Positions 7,911 through 16,150 of a DNA stretch of 28,726 nt are shown here, piece after piece. The notes beneath the pieces are model-generated. The model searched no databases and was not told where the DNA came from. It saw only the letters and a list, made by a program, of their open reading frames with translations. Made by a program: the position numbers and the translations under genes. Source of the DNA: Candidatus Micrarchaeaceae archaeon (GTDB lineage: Archaea; Micrarchaeota; Micrarchaeia; Micrarchaeales; Micrarchaeaceae); assembly GCA_050013715.1 (NCBI GenBank), contig JBEKES010000008.1, positions 1 through 28,726 on the forward strand. Direction: 5' to 3'. The first letter of the stretch is position 1, and every line of letters begins with the position of its first letter.

Positions 7911-8792
7911 CTAGAAAAATGCGAGTAAAATTGCACCAACTATAGATACAACCAATCCGGCTAATTCGGGCCATTTTAGTTTGTCCTTGTATACAAAGTA
8001 GCCGATTATTGCTATTATCGCAATCTGCAATATTCCAAATGCACCGCCCAAAGCAAGATACTTATGCAATGTGATGAACCCAAACAGCACATCACCAACT
8101 CCGTCAAATATCCCAGCCGTTAAACCCATTAATAACACCATTAGACTCAAGTTTAAAAGGTTAATTTTTTGGGGCTTGCTTTCATTTTCTTTGGGCTTCT
8201 TGAATAAATGTAAGTAAGGGATTGTGATTAGAACGGCAATGGATCTGGATATTAGAAGAGGTATAATAAAATTTCCCGAGTTGCTTATTGCAGTTGCATT
8301 GACCACCCAGGATAAACCGAAACACACACTTGCAAGTATTGCGGGAACAAGTTTTTTGTTGAACAGGAACTTCTTCTTTCGTGCAATAAAAAATGTGCCA
8401 ACAAATATCATTACAATTCCTATTAGTCCCAATGCAGAAATCTTCTCATTGAGGACTAGTATACCAAATATTATCATTATCGCACTGCCAACCTCAGTAA
8501 CACCCACGGTATTGGTGAGTTGTTCGGTATGCAATGATCTATACAACAGCTCAAAACCCAGGAAAACAAATATTCCCCCAATTATCGATAGGAAAACATC
8601 GGCATTGCTTATCCATGACGGTTTTATTAAGTAAGCAGCAACGAGCATAGGTACAATGCTGCATGTCATTATTACCATTGCGGCCTTGTAGTTTCCTGTG
8701 GCAGCGGCAAATTTCTTCGCTAATGTATAGTAGATAAGATACATCAACAGGCTTAGTAGCGCCCCTATAACCCCTATGTTTAGCATATGCAT
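7911..8792 (-). CDS. EamA/DMT-superfamily transporter
   Basis: About 10 TM segments in two repeats, with ILVLNEKIS...GIVMIFVG and YFVYKDKL...GLVVSIVG. Confidence 0.85.
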   Translation of the reverse strand: MHMLNIGVIGALLSLLMYLIYYTLAKKFAAATGNYKAAMVIMTCSIVPMLVAAYLIKPSWISNADVFLSIIGGIFVFLGFELLYRSLHTEQLTNTVGVTEVGSAIMIIFGILVLNEKISALGLIGIVMIFVGTFFIARKKKFLFNKKLVPAILASVCFGLSWVVNATAISNSGNFIIPLLISRSIAVLITIPYLHLFKKPKENESKPQKINLLNLSLMVLLMGLTAGIFDGVGDVLFGFITLHKYLALGGAFGILQIAIIAIIGYFVYKDKLKWPELAGLVVSIVGAILLAFF

Positions 8793-8811
8793 CTAGTCTA
8801 TATTTCTAATT

Positions 8812-8935
8812 CGCCAGGGTAGGGATTTGAACCCTAAATTCCGTGAGGAAACCGGTTTACCTATTGCATCACTAATCAGCTCTTGAAGCTTTGCAAGCTC
8901 AAGACCGGCGCGTTACCGGATTCCGCCACCCTGGC
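8812..8935 (-). tRNA. tRNA-Ser(TGA) with a 40-nt intron at canonical position 37/38 (intron 8897-8858)
   Basis: Acceptor GCCAGGG/CCCTGGC with G discriminator. Anticodon stem CCGGT/ACCGG with loop CT-TGA-G|A. Long variable arm TTCC/GGAA. T arm TAGGG-TTCAAAT-CCCTA. Bulge-helix-bulge: CUUG/UAGG helix plus TTGCA/TGCAA. CCA not encoded. Confidence 0.93.
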
Positions 8936-8977
8936 ATAAATAGAGTTTTATCTATTAATCTTAAATTACTGCTTGTT

Positions 8978-9607
8978 TTATTCTTGGTCCCTGTGCTGCC
9001 TTACTTTTAATATTTTTTTCAGTATGTCGCTAACGGAGCCTTGATTCTCAGAATAACGCTCGCTCTTCCATGGGTCTCCATGCATGTTGTATCCTCGCTC
9101 TTCCCAGAAGCCAGGTCTATCTGCCTCCATGACTTCTATCGCATCAATCCATTTTGCGCTCTTCCAGAAGTATAGGTTTGGTATTACCCCGCGCAATGGC
9201 CCTCCATGCTTCGGCTCAAGCGGCTTCCCATTGAAATTGAATGCGACCATTGCATCTTCATTCATGCAATATTCCATTGGAACGTTGGTTGAATAGCCAA
9301 CAGTATTTGAATAGTGCATTGTATACGCTCCTTTCGGTTTTGCCCTTTCAAGTATCGCCTTTAGCGAAATTCCTTCCCATTCATCATCTAATCTGCTCCA
9401 GTGAGTTACACAATTTTCATCTAGAGTTCTTTTTATCTTTGGCATCTGCATTAACTCATCCCAGGACATATAATAGGGCTTTTCAACAGCGCCGAAAACC
9501 CTGAACTTGAAGTTTTTAAGGTCTATCTCAGGAACATCGGTTGCGCTGAGAACAGGGAATATTTTTGTCACTATCTGCCCAGGAGGCACTCTGTTCTTTT
9601 TATCCAT
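8978..9607 (-). CDS. Sulfite-oxidase-like molybdopterin-binding oxidoreductase
   Basis: RVPPGQ, CVTHWS, WEGI, HGGPLR..P.LYFWKSAKW and GFWEERGY motifs. Confidence 0.9.
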   Translation of the reverse strand: MDKKNRVPPGQIVTKIFPVLSATDVPEIDLKNFKFRVFGAVEKPYYMSWDELMQMPKIKRTLDENCVTHWSRLDDEWEGISLKAILERAKPKGAYTMHYSNTVGYSTNVPMEYCMNEDAMVAFNFNGKPLEPKHGGPLRGVIPNLYFWKSAKWIDAIEVMEADRPGFWEERGYNMHGDPWKSERYSENQGSVSDILKKILKVRQHRDQE

Positions 9608-9652
9608 GGTAGAATTCCGGTTTTAAGTTATAAATTAGGATATGATGATTTT

Positions 9653-11377
9653 ATGATAAATATAAATGAAAAAATAAAAAGTATTTTCAATTACTTTGCT
9701 GCAGAAGGCAGCAAGAGCAAATCAGTTTGTTTGAAATTTGGAAAAATGAATTACATTCTGTTAAAAAGGCGAAGCATTTCGTTTAATCCTAAATCCCATA
9801 TCATAGAAAACGGATTTTCATTTGCATGGACCAAAAGAAAAAGGGATTTCTTCATATGTCCAAAGAATGAATCAAATCCACATATAATAATATCTGGAAT
9901 GAGCGGCTTCGGCAAAAGCACTCTGTTCAAGTCGCTATTGATGCAGATACGCAGCTTTGATATACCGTGCATCATATTCGACGCGCATAACGAGCATGCC
10001 GATGTTGTAAGAAATCTTAAAGGAAGTGTGCATAATGCAATTTATTCAGGGATCAATATACTTGAACTTGATGGTGCAAGCGTATCGGAAAGGATATCGG
10101 AGCTTACAAGATTGTTCAAGGAAGTATATGCACTTGGATATATACAAAGCACGAAATTGAGCGAGTGCTTGTGGTATACTTACAGGAAATCCGGTGCCAG
10201 AAGCAGAAGCGACAGGAGCATAGCAAAAGCACCTGTCATAAAAGACCTTCTGGACGAATTGAGCATATTCATAAAGAATTCAAAAAGCCAGGGAGAAAGG
10301 AATACGTTAATTCATTTAAGGGACAGAATTTCCTTGCTGAACAATACTGCTTTTTCCGGTAATTTCCTATCCCTTAAAGATATTTCGAATGAGCTTCATT
10401 CTTTCTCATTGGCAAGCATGAAAAGCAAAGAAGTGCAATATATCTACATAGGTGAATTACTCAACAGGATATATGCGACCATGCACGACAGAGAGAGAAA
10501 GCACACGCTAAAACTTTACATCATGATAGATGAAGCGCAATTCATTACTGATAATTCGGAAAGCAACGCAATAATACCAAAGCTCATAGAAGAGGGAAGA
10601 AAATACGGGGTTGGAATCATAATAGTTACACATGCGGCTAGCACCCTCAACAAGAAGATCATAGGAAATTCATCTACATTTGTTTCTTTCTACGCAAGAG
10701 AACCGTCAGAAGTAAGCTACATATCAAAGGTTCTTTCAGGAAATGACAATTATGTCGCTTTTGCAGTAATGGGAAGGTTGAATTCACTGCAAAAGAATGA
10801 GGCAATTGTGATAAGCAACGAATTCAGAAGTCCAGTAGTTATATCTACGCCGAATTTCAATGAGATAAAATTTGAAAGGAAGGAAATTAGCTATAGTGAA
10901 GCAAAGGAATTGATGAAAACAGCGGCAAAGCGCCCAATAAGAAGAAAAGACGCAAACACACCAAACAATATCATTGATAAATTGATAGTAGAGAGATTTG
11001 TCGATAAATTTCTATTGAATGAAGAGTGGATAATGTGGCACAACCCATCATTAAGCATAGAACATGAGGTAAATGTAAAAATAATATCTGAATTCTTTCA
11101 AGTTAATGGAATAACGCACAGGATTGTAGACAACTCAACAGGCCCAGACATAGTTGCTTTTATAGATGGCAAGAAGATCGCAATTGAGTATGAAACTGGT
11201 TCGAAGTCATTGGAAAGCACGTCAAAAATGATAAATTCCAGGATTCTTAATTACGATAGGATAGTCATAATAACAAAAAACGAACTTTTAGATTATTACA
11301 TAAATATTTGCGCAGATAAGAAAATAGATGTAATTAGCCATGTTGACTACGAAAAGCACCTAAAAGGAAGGTATTAA
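9653..11377 (+). CDS. HerA/VirB4(FtsK)-like ATPase with C-terminal PD-(D/E)xK-like domain
   Basis: Walker A GMSGFGKS, IIFDAHNEH, Walker B IMIDEAQ and EGRKYGVG. C-terminal GPDIV...IAIEYETG. Start position uncertain. Confidence 0.8.
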   Translation: MININEKIKSIFNYFAAEGSKSKSVCLKFGKMNYILLKRRSISFNPKSHIIENGFSFAWTKRKRDFFICPKNESNPHIIISGMSGFGKSTLFKSLLMQIRSFDIPCIIFDAHNEHADVVRNLKGSVHNAIYSGINILELDGASVSERISELTRLFKEVYALGYIQSTKLSECLWYTYRKSGARSRSDRSIAKAPVIKDLLDELSIFIKNSKSQGERNTLIHLRDRISLLNNTAFSGNFLSLKDISNELHSFSLASMKSKEVQYIYIGELLNRIYATMHDRERKHTLKLYIMIDEAQFITDNSESNAIIPKLIEEGRKYGVGIIIVTHAASTLNKKIIGNSSTFVSFYAREPSEVSYISKVLSGNDNYVAFAVMGRLNSLQKNEAIVISNEFRSPVVISTPNFNEIKFERKEISYSEAKELMKTAAKRPIRRKDANTPNNIIDKLIVERFVDKFLLNEEWIMWHNPSLSIEHEVNVKIISEFFQVNGITHRIVDNSTGPDIVAFIDGKKIAIEYETGSKSLESTSKMINSRILNYDRIVIITKNELLDYYINICADKKIDVISHVDYEKHLKGRY

Positions 11378-11440
11378 TATGTTTATAGGCTTATTATTAA
11401 TCTACTATTTCAGTCGTAATTCTGATAATTAGTGAGCAAA

Positions 11441-11851
11441 ATGGCTAATGTATATGATGTAAAGGCTTCAGATGTCGTAAAAATGGCAGCGGAGCAGCTC
11501 AAGGGATCAATAAAAAAACCAGCCTATGTTGATTATGTAAAATCGGGAGCAAACAAGGAAAGAGTGCCCCAGGACCCTGACTTCTTCTATATGAGAACAG
11601 GCTCGATACTTAGACAGGTTTATCTCAATGGACCTATAGGTGTTTCAAAATTAAGGACAAGATACGGCTCAAGAAAGGAGCACGTAGTACACAGAAGGCA
11701 TCACGTAAAATCAGGAGGAAGCGTAATAAGAGATGCGATGATAGAGCTTGAAAGAATCAATTATGTTAAAAACACTAAGGCAGGACGCGTAATAACTCCG
11801 AAAGGCAAGTCATTCATGGACAAGATCTGCAAAGAGTTGGATAAATCTTAA
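11441..11851 (+). CDS. rps19e: 30S ribosomal protein S19e
   Basis: VYDV, VKSGANKERVP, DFFYMRTGSILRQVY..GPIGVSKLRT.YG and GRVITPKG. Confidence 0.97.
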   Translation: MANVYDVKASDVVKMAAEQLKGSIKKPAYVDYVKSGANKERVPQDPDFFYMRTGSILRQVYLNGPIGVSKLRTRYGSRKEHVVHRRHHVKSGGSVIRDAMIELERINYVKNTKAGRVITPKGKSFMDKICKELDKS

Positions 11852-11859
11852 GTGTTTAA

Positions 11860-12165
11860 ATGGAAGATGAAGAGGCATCTTATCAAAAGAAGTTGAAGAA
11901 GAGAGTTGCAGAGGCAATAAAGAATGCTCAAATAGAGCAGCAAAAGAAGGAAATACTCAAGCAATTTCTCGATGACAAAGCCTATGAAAGAATTATGAAC
12001 GTAAGAATATCAAACTATGACCTTTATAATCAATTGGTGAACATGGTCGTTGCGCTTGCACAGAACAACAGGATATCAGGAAAATTAACTGAGGCGCAAC
12101 TGAAATCAATAATAGAGAAAATGACTTACAAACGTGAACCGACAATAGAATTCAAGCACAAATAA
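11860..12165 (+). CDS. PDCD5/TFAR19-like DNA-binding protein
   Basis: ILKQFL...AYERIMNVR, LAQ..RI..KLTE.QLK. Conserved position after rps19e. Confidence 0.88.
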   Translation: MEDEEASYQKKLKKRVAEAIKNAQIEQQKKEILKQFLDDKAYERIMNVRISNYDLYNQLVNMVVALAQNNRISGKLTEAQLKSIIEKMTYKREPTIEFKHK

Positions 12166-12173
12166 GTGTGAAT

Positions 12174-12326
12174 ATGGGAAAGAAAACCGCATTGAAGAAA
12201 AAAAGACTGGGAAAGAAGCTCAAGCAAGCGAGAAGAATGCCTTTGCTGGTAACGCTTAGAACCCATAGAAGAACTCAGCAAAACAGGTTCAACAGAAACT
12301 GGAGGAGCCAGAAGATAGAAGACTAG
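12174..12326 (+). CDS. rpl39e: 50S ribosomal protein L39e (not in ORF track)
   Basis: Translated manually: MGKKTALKKKRLGKKLKQARRMPLLVTLRTHRRTQQNRFNRNWRSQKIED. Syntenic before rpl31e. Confidence 0.95.
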   Translation: MGKKTALKKKRLGKKLKQARRMPLLVTLRTHRRTQQNRFNRNWRSQKIED

Positions 12327-12333
12327 TGAGATT

Positions 12334-12753
12334 ATGGCAAACAGATTACTTACGATAAACATAAGGCAATATCTTGCAAGCCAGCCGAGAAGAAAAAGAC
12401 CTGCAAGGATTTCAAGATTCATACGAGAAAGAATAGCACAGCAGACAAACATGACATCAGATAATATAATAATAACCCAGGCGCTTAACTCGATAATACA
12501 GAAGCAATATGTAAAGAAAATGATCCCATTGAAAGTTAACATAAGCATAGACAAGGGCAAGGCAACGGTAACAGCATTCAGCGATGCACCCAAGAAAGAG
12601 GAAGTAAAGCCAGCAGCTACAAAGGCAACGCCAGCCAAACCAACTACTGCTGCAACAACAGCTAAAGCCCCGGCTACAAATGTAACTAAAAAAACAGAGC
12701 CAAAGAAGGTCGACGCATCAAAACAAAAGGATGTTAAAGACTCAAAGCAATAG
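12334..12753 (+). CDS. rpl31e: 50S ribosomal protein L31e with A/T/K/P-rich C-terminal extension
   Basis: LLTINIR...PRRKRPAR..RFIRE...LN..I. Synteny between rpl39e and aIF6. Confidence 0.88.
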   Translation: MANRLLTINIRQYLASQPRRKRPARISRFIRERIAQQTNMTSDNIIITQALNSIIQKQYVKKMIPLKVNISIDKGKATVTAFSDAPKKEEVKPAATKATPAKPTTAATTAKAPATNVTKKTEPKKVDASKQKDVKDSKQ

Positions 12754-12767
12754 TATAACTGATCCTT

Positions 12768-13436
12768 ATGGATGCTGCTAGATATAGTATAATGGGCAGC
12801 GACTATGTTGGAGTATTCGCTACCGCAACGGACAGGTTCGTTTTCGTAGGCTCCAACCTTACAGAGCATAATAAAAAAATACTTTCAGATAATCTGAAAG
12901 CGAAGTGCATTGATTTATCAGTTTCTGGTTCAAACCTTACGGGGCTTTTCTCAAAGGCCAATTCGAATGGCATCATAATATCCAATCTTATAGAGGATTA
13001 TGAACTGAAGAACCTTCAAAAGCAGGACATGGACAACATAAACATAGGGGTAATTGACAGCAACTTGAATGCGCTGGGAAGCAACATCCTTGCCAATGAC
13101 AAAATTGCGATAATAAATACGGATTACACCAAAGATGAAGCAAAGCAGATAGGTGACATACTGGGTGTTGAAGTCATAAGCGCAGAAATAGGAAACTTCA
13201 AGACCGTTGGAGCGAATAACATACTAACAAACAAAGGCTTGGCAATAAACAACAGAAGCACCGACAGCGACAAGGAATACATTGACAAGCTTACTGGCTT
13301 TGATTCCATAAGAACAACAGCTAATGTTGGTTCTTTTGCAATAGGGTTCTGCGTTGTAGCGAATTCGAATGCGGTTGTTGCTGGAGACAGCACAACAGGT
13401 TACGAGCTTGCGAGAATCGTAGATGCATTGGAATAG
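12768..13436 (+). CDS. eif6: Translation initiation factor 6 (aIF6)
   Basis: YVGVF, LTGLF..ANSNG, LGSNILAND, TNKG, TANVG and GDSTTGYELARI. Confidence 0.95.
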   Translation: MDAARYSIMGSDYVGVFATATDRFVFVGSNLTEHNKKILSDNLKAKCIDLSVSGSNLTGLFSKANSNGIIISNLIEDYELKNLQKQDMDNINIGVIDSNLNALGSNILANDKIAIINTDYTKDEAKQIGDILGVEVISAEIGNFKTVGANNILTNKGLAINNRSTDSDKEYIDKLTGFDSIRTTANVGSFAIGFCVVANSNAVVAGDSTTGYELARIVDALE

Positions 13437-13440
13437 AATA

Positions 13441-14031
13441 TTACCAGTTTCCTTTTTCTATATTCAAACCTACTTTTAAAGTGGCGATTATTTCAGGAGG
13501 TATGTATGGAATTTCAACCTCAAAGGACAATAAGCCAGAATTCGATTCCTTAATGAATATGTAGCCTTTTTCTTCTATTTTCTTTATTATGGTTGGTTTT
13601 AATTCCTTAGGAGTAAGAAAACGGTATTCTATTTGTATATTATAACAAAGTGATTCATATCCCAAACTTCTTTCAATATCTAATTGGACAGGTTTTGGCG
13701 TTCCGTATATTGCCAAATGTTCTTTAACTGCATCAATATATGCTTCCGTAAAATGTTCTTTAACTGCATCAATATATGCTTCCGTAAGTGTATTTCCAAT
13801 TCTGTTTACAGTATCATTTTTCATAATTTCAGAAACAAGACCATTATTTAGCAGCCTTATATAGTGCCCTACATTTCTTACATTATCAGTCACACTTTGA
13901 TACACATGACGTATTGAAGTTTCTGGTAAAGTTATGTGTATATAATCTCTCCAATCAACAATACCTGAACGAGATATTCCACCATCTCTATTTACAGAAA
14001 CAAATTCTTTTGTTGCGCTTCGGTTTGTCAT
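13441..14031 (-). CDS. Orphan hypothetical protein inserted antisense into the ribosomal cluster
   Basis: 196-aa ORF with GTGAT SD and AT-rich composition. No recognised family. Confidence 0.7.
   Translation of the reverse strand: MTNRSATKEFVSVNRDGGISRSGIVDWRDYIHITLPETSIRHVYQSVTDNVRNVGHYIRLLNNGLVSEIMKNDTVNRIGNTLTEAYIDAVKEHFTEAYIDAVKEHLAIYGTPKPVQLDIERSLGYESLCYNIQIEYRFLTPKELKPTIIKKIEEKGYIFIKESNSGLLSFEVEIPYIPPEIIATLKVGLNIEKGNW
13715..13786. repeat. Perfect 36-bp tandem duplication
   Basis: AAATGTTCTTTAACTGCATCAATATATGCTTCCGTA at 13715-13750 and 13751-13786. Encodes TEAYIDAVKEH(F/L) twice. Confidence 0.97.
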
Positions 14032-14108
14032 TCATATCACTCAAAAATAATCTATTTATGGAGATATAAATACTTTCACTTTTGAGTTTTAATAGCAACT
14101 AATTTAAA

Positions 14109-14558
14109 ATGCAAAACCCTAATGCTATTGATATTATGGCCAACGAAAATCCTAAACCTAACACTCAACAAAGCGTTGAAGAGCTTAAATACATCCAGCA
14201 GGTGTATCAGAACCAATACTCCATTGCGAGCAATTCGATAAACATGGCTCTGCAGGAGCTTCAGGAGCTCAATTCAGCCCAGAAAACGCTCGAGAATGCG
14301 GACCTGCTCGAAGGCAAAGATATGATCATGAGCATCGGCGCGGCATTTTATTCAGTAAATAGAATTAAGGACTCGAAGACTTTCCTTGTGGGGGTAGGCG
14401 CAAATTACCTTGTTGAGAAAACAACTGATGAGGCAAAGGAGCATGTTGCAAAAATAATAGAGAAAAGCAACGATAATCTGAATAGGCTTATGAAAAACAG
14501 GAAGGAGCTTGAAGCTGCGCTAATCGAGATTTCCTATAAGATAGACAGTATGGCTTAG
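14109..14558 (+). CDS. pfdA: Prefoldin alpha subunit
   Basis: Coiled coils flanking MSIGAAFY...FLVGVGANYLVEKT..EA. Synteny with ftsY. Real start may be ATG 14136. Confidence 0.9.
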   Translation: MQNPNAIDIMANENPKPNTQQSVEELKYIQQVYQNQYSIASNSINMALQELQELNSAQKTLENADLLEGKDMIMSIGAAFYSVNRIKDSKTFLVGVGANYLVEKTTDEAKEHVAKIIEKSNDNLNRLMKNRKELEAALIEISYKIDSMA

Positions 14559-14566
14559 GTATTAAC

Positions 14567-15796
14567 ATGTTTGAAGGTCTCAGAAAAAAGCTCTCCGATG
14601 CAGTAAAGGGCTTTATAAAAAAAGAGGAACAGATAGTAGAAAAAGAGGAAGAGCAGCAGGAGCCAGAAAAAAAGGAAGAAATAGAGCATCACCAAGAGGA
14701 ACAGAAAGAGAAGAAAGAAGAAGTAAAACATCATCAGGAAGAGAAACAGGAACACAAAGAAGAGCATAAAGAAGCTGAGCCTAAAAAAGAGGAGCACATT
14801 AAGGAAATACATGTTGAAAAAGAGGAGAAAAAAGAGCATTCAGTAAGCAAGGAGCACCATCAGGAAAAGAAAAAAGAGGAAATCATAAAATTGTCGCTTA
14901 CTACGAAAATCAAAAGCGCCTTTCTGGGCAAGATAAAACTAAACGAAAATGAAGTCAACAACTTCCTTGAAACACTCAAAGTCTCGATGCTTGAATCGGA
15001 TGTTTCCTACAATACAACAGAGCAATTCATAGATGACCTGCACTCAAAACTGCGTGAAAAGGAGATAAACTCAAGAAGAGTTAAAGAGGAAATAGTCGAA
15101 AACGTAAGAGGTTCACTGTTCTCGATTCTTGAGCCAACTTCTGAGCGAATAGATGTAGATTCATTTGTCAAAAGACGCAAGGATTCAAAAGAAACTCCAG
15201 TAACCATACTATTCCTTGGACCTAACGGTGCAGGAAAAACAACAACAATCGCAAAGATCGCCCATCATTTCAAAAGCAGGGGCATTAGCAACGTGCTCTC
15301 AGCCAGCGACACATTCAGGGCAGCTGCGATAGAGCAGTTAGAGCACCATGCAAAGAGGATAGGCGTTCCCATAATAAAGAGCAACTATGGGGCGGATCCG
15401 GCAAGCATTGCGTTCGATGCGATAGCCTATGCAAAAGCTCATAACATAGACCTTGTTTTGATAGACAGCGCAGGAAGGCAGGAGACAAACAAGAGCCTCA
15501 TCAATGAGATACAGAAATTAGTGCGCGTCTCAAAACCAGACATAACAATATTTGTAGGCGAAAGCACAGCAGGGAACCAGATTGCCGAGCAGATAAAGGA
15601 ATTCAACAAGTTCGTCAAGATAAATGGGATAATACTAACAAAGCTGGACTGCGACGCGAAGGGAGGAGGTGCCATATCCATAACGCACACTACAGGGATA
15701 CCCATATTGTTCCTGGGTATTGGCGAAGGCTACGATGCGATAATTCCCTATGACCCGAGCTACATAGTAAACGCAATACTTCCGGAGAATAATTAG
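14567..15796 (+). CDS. ftsY: Signal recognition particle receptor FtsY
   Basis: Acidic N-terminus, LESDV, GPNGAGKTTTIAK, DTFRAAAIEQL, DSAGR and TKLD.DAKGG. Confidence 0.97.
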   Translation: MFEGLRKKLSDAVKGFIKKEEQIVEKEEEQQEPEKKEEIEHHQEEQKEKKEEVKHHQEEKQEHKEEHKEAEPKKEEHIKEIHVEKEEKKEHSVSKEHHQEKKKEEIIKLSLTTKIKSAFLGKIKLNENEVNNFLETLKVSMLESDVSYNTTEQFIDDLHSKLREKEINSRRVKEEIVENVRGSLFSILEPTSERIDVDSFVKRRKDSKETPVTILFLGPNGAGKTTTIAKIAHHFKSRGISNVLSASDTFRAAAIEQLEHHAKRIGVPIIKSNYGADPASIAFDAIAYAKAHNIDLVLIDSAGRQETNKSLINEIQKLVRVSKPDITIFVGESTAGNQIAEQIKEFNKFVKINGIILTKLDCDAKGGGAISITHTTGIPILFLGIGEGYDAIIPYDPSYIVNAILPENN

Positions 15797-15861
15797 AACT
15801 TTTCTGTTTCAATTTCACGGTTAACTATAAATATACGCAGAGCCAAATTTAAATTGATAAA

Positions 15862-16107
15862 ATGAGCGAAACCACATTCAAAGCTTGGAGTGTTGAAAAA
15901 TTATTCAAAGGTTGGAATGCTGTAAATGCCCTTAGTCTAATAATAGAGGCAAGAAAAGAGGAAAGGGAAAATAATAAAGAATTCGCAGCATTAAAACGCA
16001 ATGATGCGGCAATGTTGCTCGAAAGTGCAAATTTAACGCATTTGTTAAAGTTTTTAAGAAAACCAACACGCAATGAAAGACTCAGAGATAGCGGCTTTTC
16101 TATTTGA
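15862..16107 (+). CDS. Small hypothetical protein
   Basis: 81 aa. TATAAATA about 30 nt upstream and TGAT SD-like motif. Ends before the probable start of the next gene. Confidence 0.5.
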   Translation: MSETTFKAWSVEKLFKGWNAVNALSLIIEARKEERENNKEFAALKRNDAAMLLESANLTHLLKFLRKPTRNERLRDSGFSI

Positions 16108-16150
16108 TTTATATAGTTTATCTTACATATTATTTGGTAGTGTGGTTTTG

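Noticed and set aside
8812..8935. tRNA-Leu(CAA) reading using CAA triplets inside the intron
   Set aside because: The bulge-helix-bulge geometry places TGA at 34-36, and the G discriminator with long variable arm fits Ser.
12126..12869. 247-aa minus-strand ORF
   Set aside because: Antisense shadow of rpl39e, rpl31e and aIF6, which are clearly the real genes.
13715..13786. 36-bp repeat as a CRISPR array
   Set aside because: Two directly adjacent copies with no spacer, in frame within a CDS, and no cas genes.
14555..14839. 94-aa Phe/Leu-rich 'membrane protein' on the minus strand
   Set aside because: Reverse complement of the GAA/AAA-rich FtsY acidic region.
16073..16150. N-terminal extension of the TadA-like ATPase
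   Set aside because: Overlaps the upstream ORF and contains a TTTATATA box. ATG 16151 is the more plausible start.
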